DNA of 64,000 nucleotides from assembly GCF_018977255.1 (NCBI RefSeq), contig NW_024704752.1, forward strand, positions 6,696,001-6,760,000, written 5' to 3'. Both the position numbers and the translations under genes were made by a program. Below are positions 63,130 to 64,000 of the stretch, piece after piece. The notes under the pieces were generated by a model, which did no database searches, was not told where the DNA came from, and worked only from the letters and a program-made list of their open reading frames with translations. Position 1 is the stretch's first letter. The number at the start of each line of letters is the position of its first letter. Source of the stretch: Callorhinchus milii (Eukaryota).

Positions 63130-64000
63130 TCAAAAACAAAAACAGCAATGGAACTGGAACAGTTTACATTGCAATTTATTGACAAGAAAACGCAGAACTA
63201 AAAAATAAAGGATCTTTTTTTTCTTAGCCAAGAGTCTTCTGAAAACAGCTGAGGAAAATGGTTGGTAGGATTCCCTCCTCATATTGCTCCAACACAAGAG
63301 TTTCACTCGAGCTGAACAAGAAGCACGACTGACTGCATTTGGAGGTTTGTAGGCTCAACTATCTCAACGTCCTAACCAAAGGTCATTTTTTTTTGTTTTA
63401 GAAGGTCCTGGAGGATGGAAAAGTGGTGAGATCTACAATAGCACTTACAACAAAGACAGGGTCTTTCATATGATGTTGGGAGTTCTAATTCATATTCCAA
63501 ATACTATCAGTTTTGCATATTGAATTCCACATCAAACAGATTAAGCAGGCTGGCTGAAATTATAGCCAAGCTGCAGCTTTTGTGACAAACAGTTTGTCAT
63601 AAGCTGCTAAAACCACAGAGAATTAGAAGTTTGCATGAACGGTTTTAAAATGCAGCCTGCGTGACAAATGAAAGATATAGACTCCAAGTCAAGTGTCAAG
63701 ACCGCTGGGTGAACAAATCCATACGGTATTAGGCTACATTTTCTTCAAATACTGTATTAATGGTTCAATGGTTCAAACATTATGGCATTTGCTTTATTAC
63801 AAAAGAAGAAATTATATAATTTTCTGTGCTGATTTTTATTCAACTCTCATTGAAATGTTAAAAATTACAAAAGGAAAACATTTCTGCTTCAGGCTTCCTC
63901 ATACACCTATTCAAATACGACACGACTACTGCTGGTGGAGACACGGAGGTTTCTGATGAGAAGTCTAACATAAAAAGGATCTGTTTTTTTTACACAATCT
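63130..64000 (-). other. Probable 3' UTR and poly(A) region of the next minus-strand gene (U2SURP expected by synteny)
   Basis: No recognisable repeats, AT-rich. AATAAA on - at 63835-63840, 63793-63798 and 63175-63180, the last followed by a TGTTTTTGTTTTTG downstream element. No coding exon is in the window. Confidence 0.45.

Noticed and set aside
1-64000. CRISPR-like arrays or prokaryotic operons and defence systems
   Set aside because: The recurring motifs are irregularly spaced retroelement tails in both orientations; the sequence is vertebrate.

Overview
Vertebrate genomic DNA. The repeat content (tRNA-derived Deu-domain SINEs, L2 and CR1 LINEs with shark-type 3' ends) suggests a cartilaginous fish, possibly a chimaera such as the elephant shark; this is an inference. 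Genes supported by the sequence: (1) the last two coding exons of SLC9A9/NHE9 on + (4704-4809, 7389-7568), where the upstream exon is missed by the ORF track and is preceded by a U12 (minor-spliceosome) branch site; (2) a complete CHST2-type carbohydrate 6-O-sulfotransferase CDS in one uninterrupted ORF on - (35081-36346), convergent with SLC9A9 as in mammals; (3) a probable 3' UTR and poly(A) region of the next minus-strand gene at the right edge (U2SURP expected from synteny, unverified). The rest is dense retroelement debris, simple repeats and two assembly gaps. I found no credible new multi-gene system. The most interesting signals are small-scale: the U12 intron, SINEs with exchangeable heads on one Deu core and L2 tail plus a young subfamily, a doubly deleted CR1, an L2 nested in an L2, an L2 snippet inside a SINE, a ~100-nt hairpin, a ~90-bp inverted repeat pair and a long G4-prone tract upstream of CHST2. 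Repeat boundaries are approximate, read by eye.
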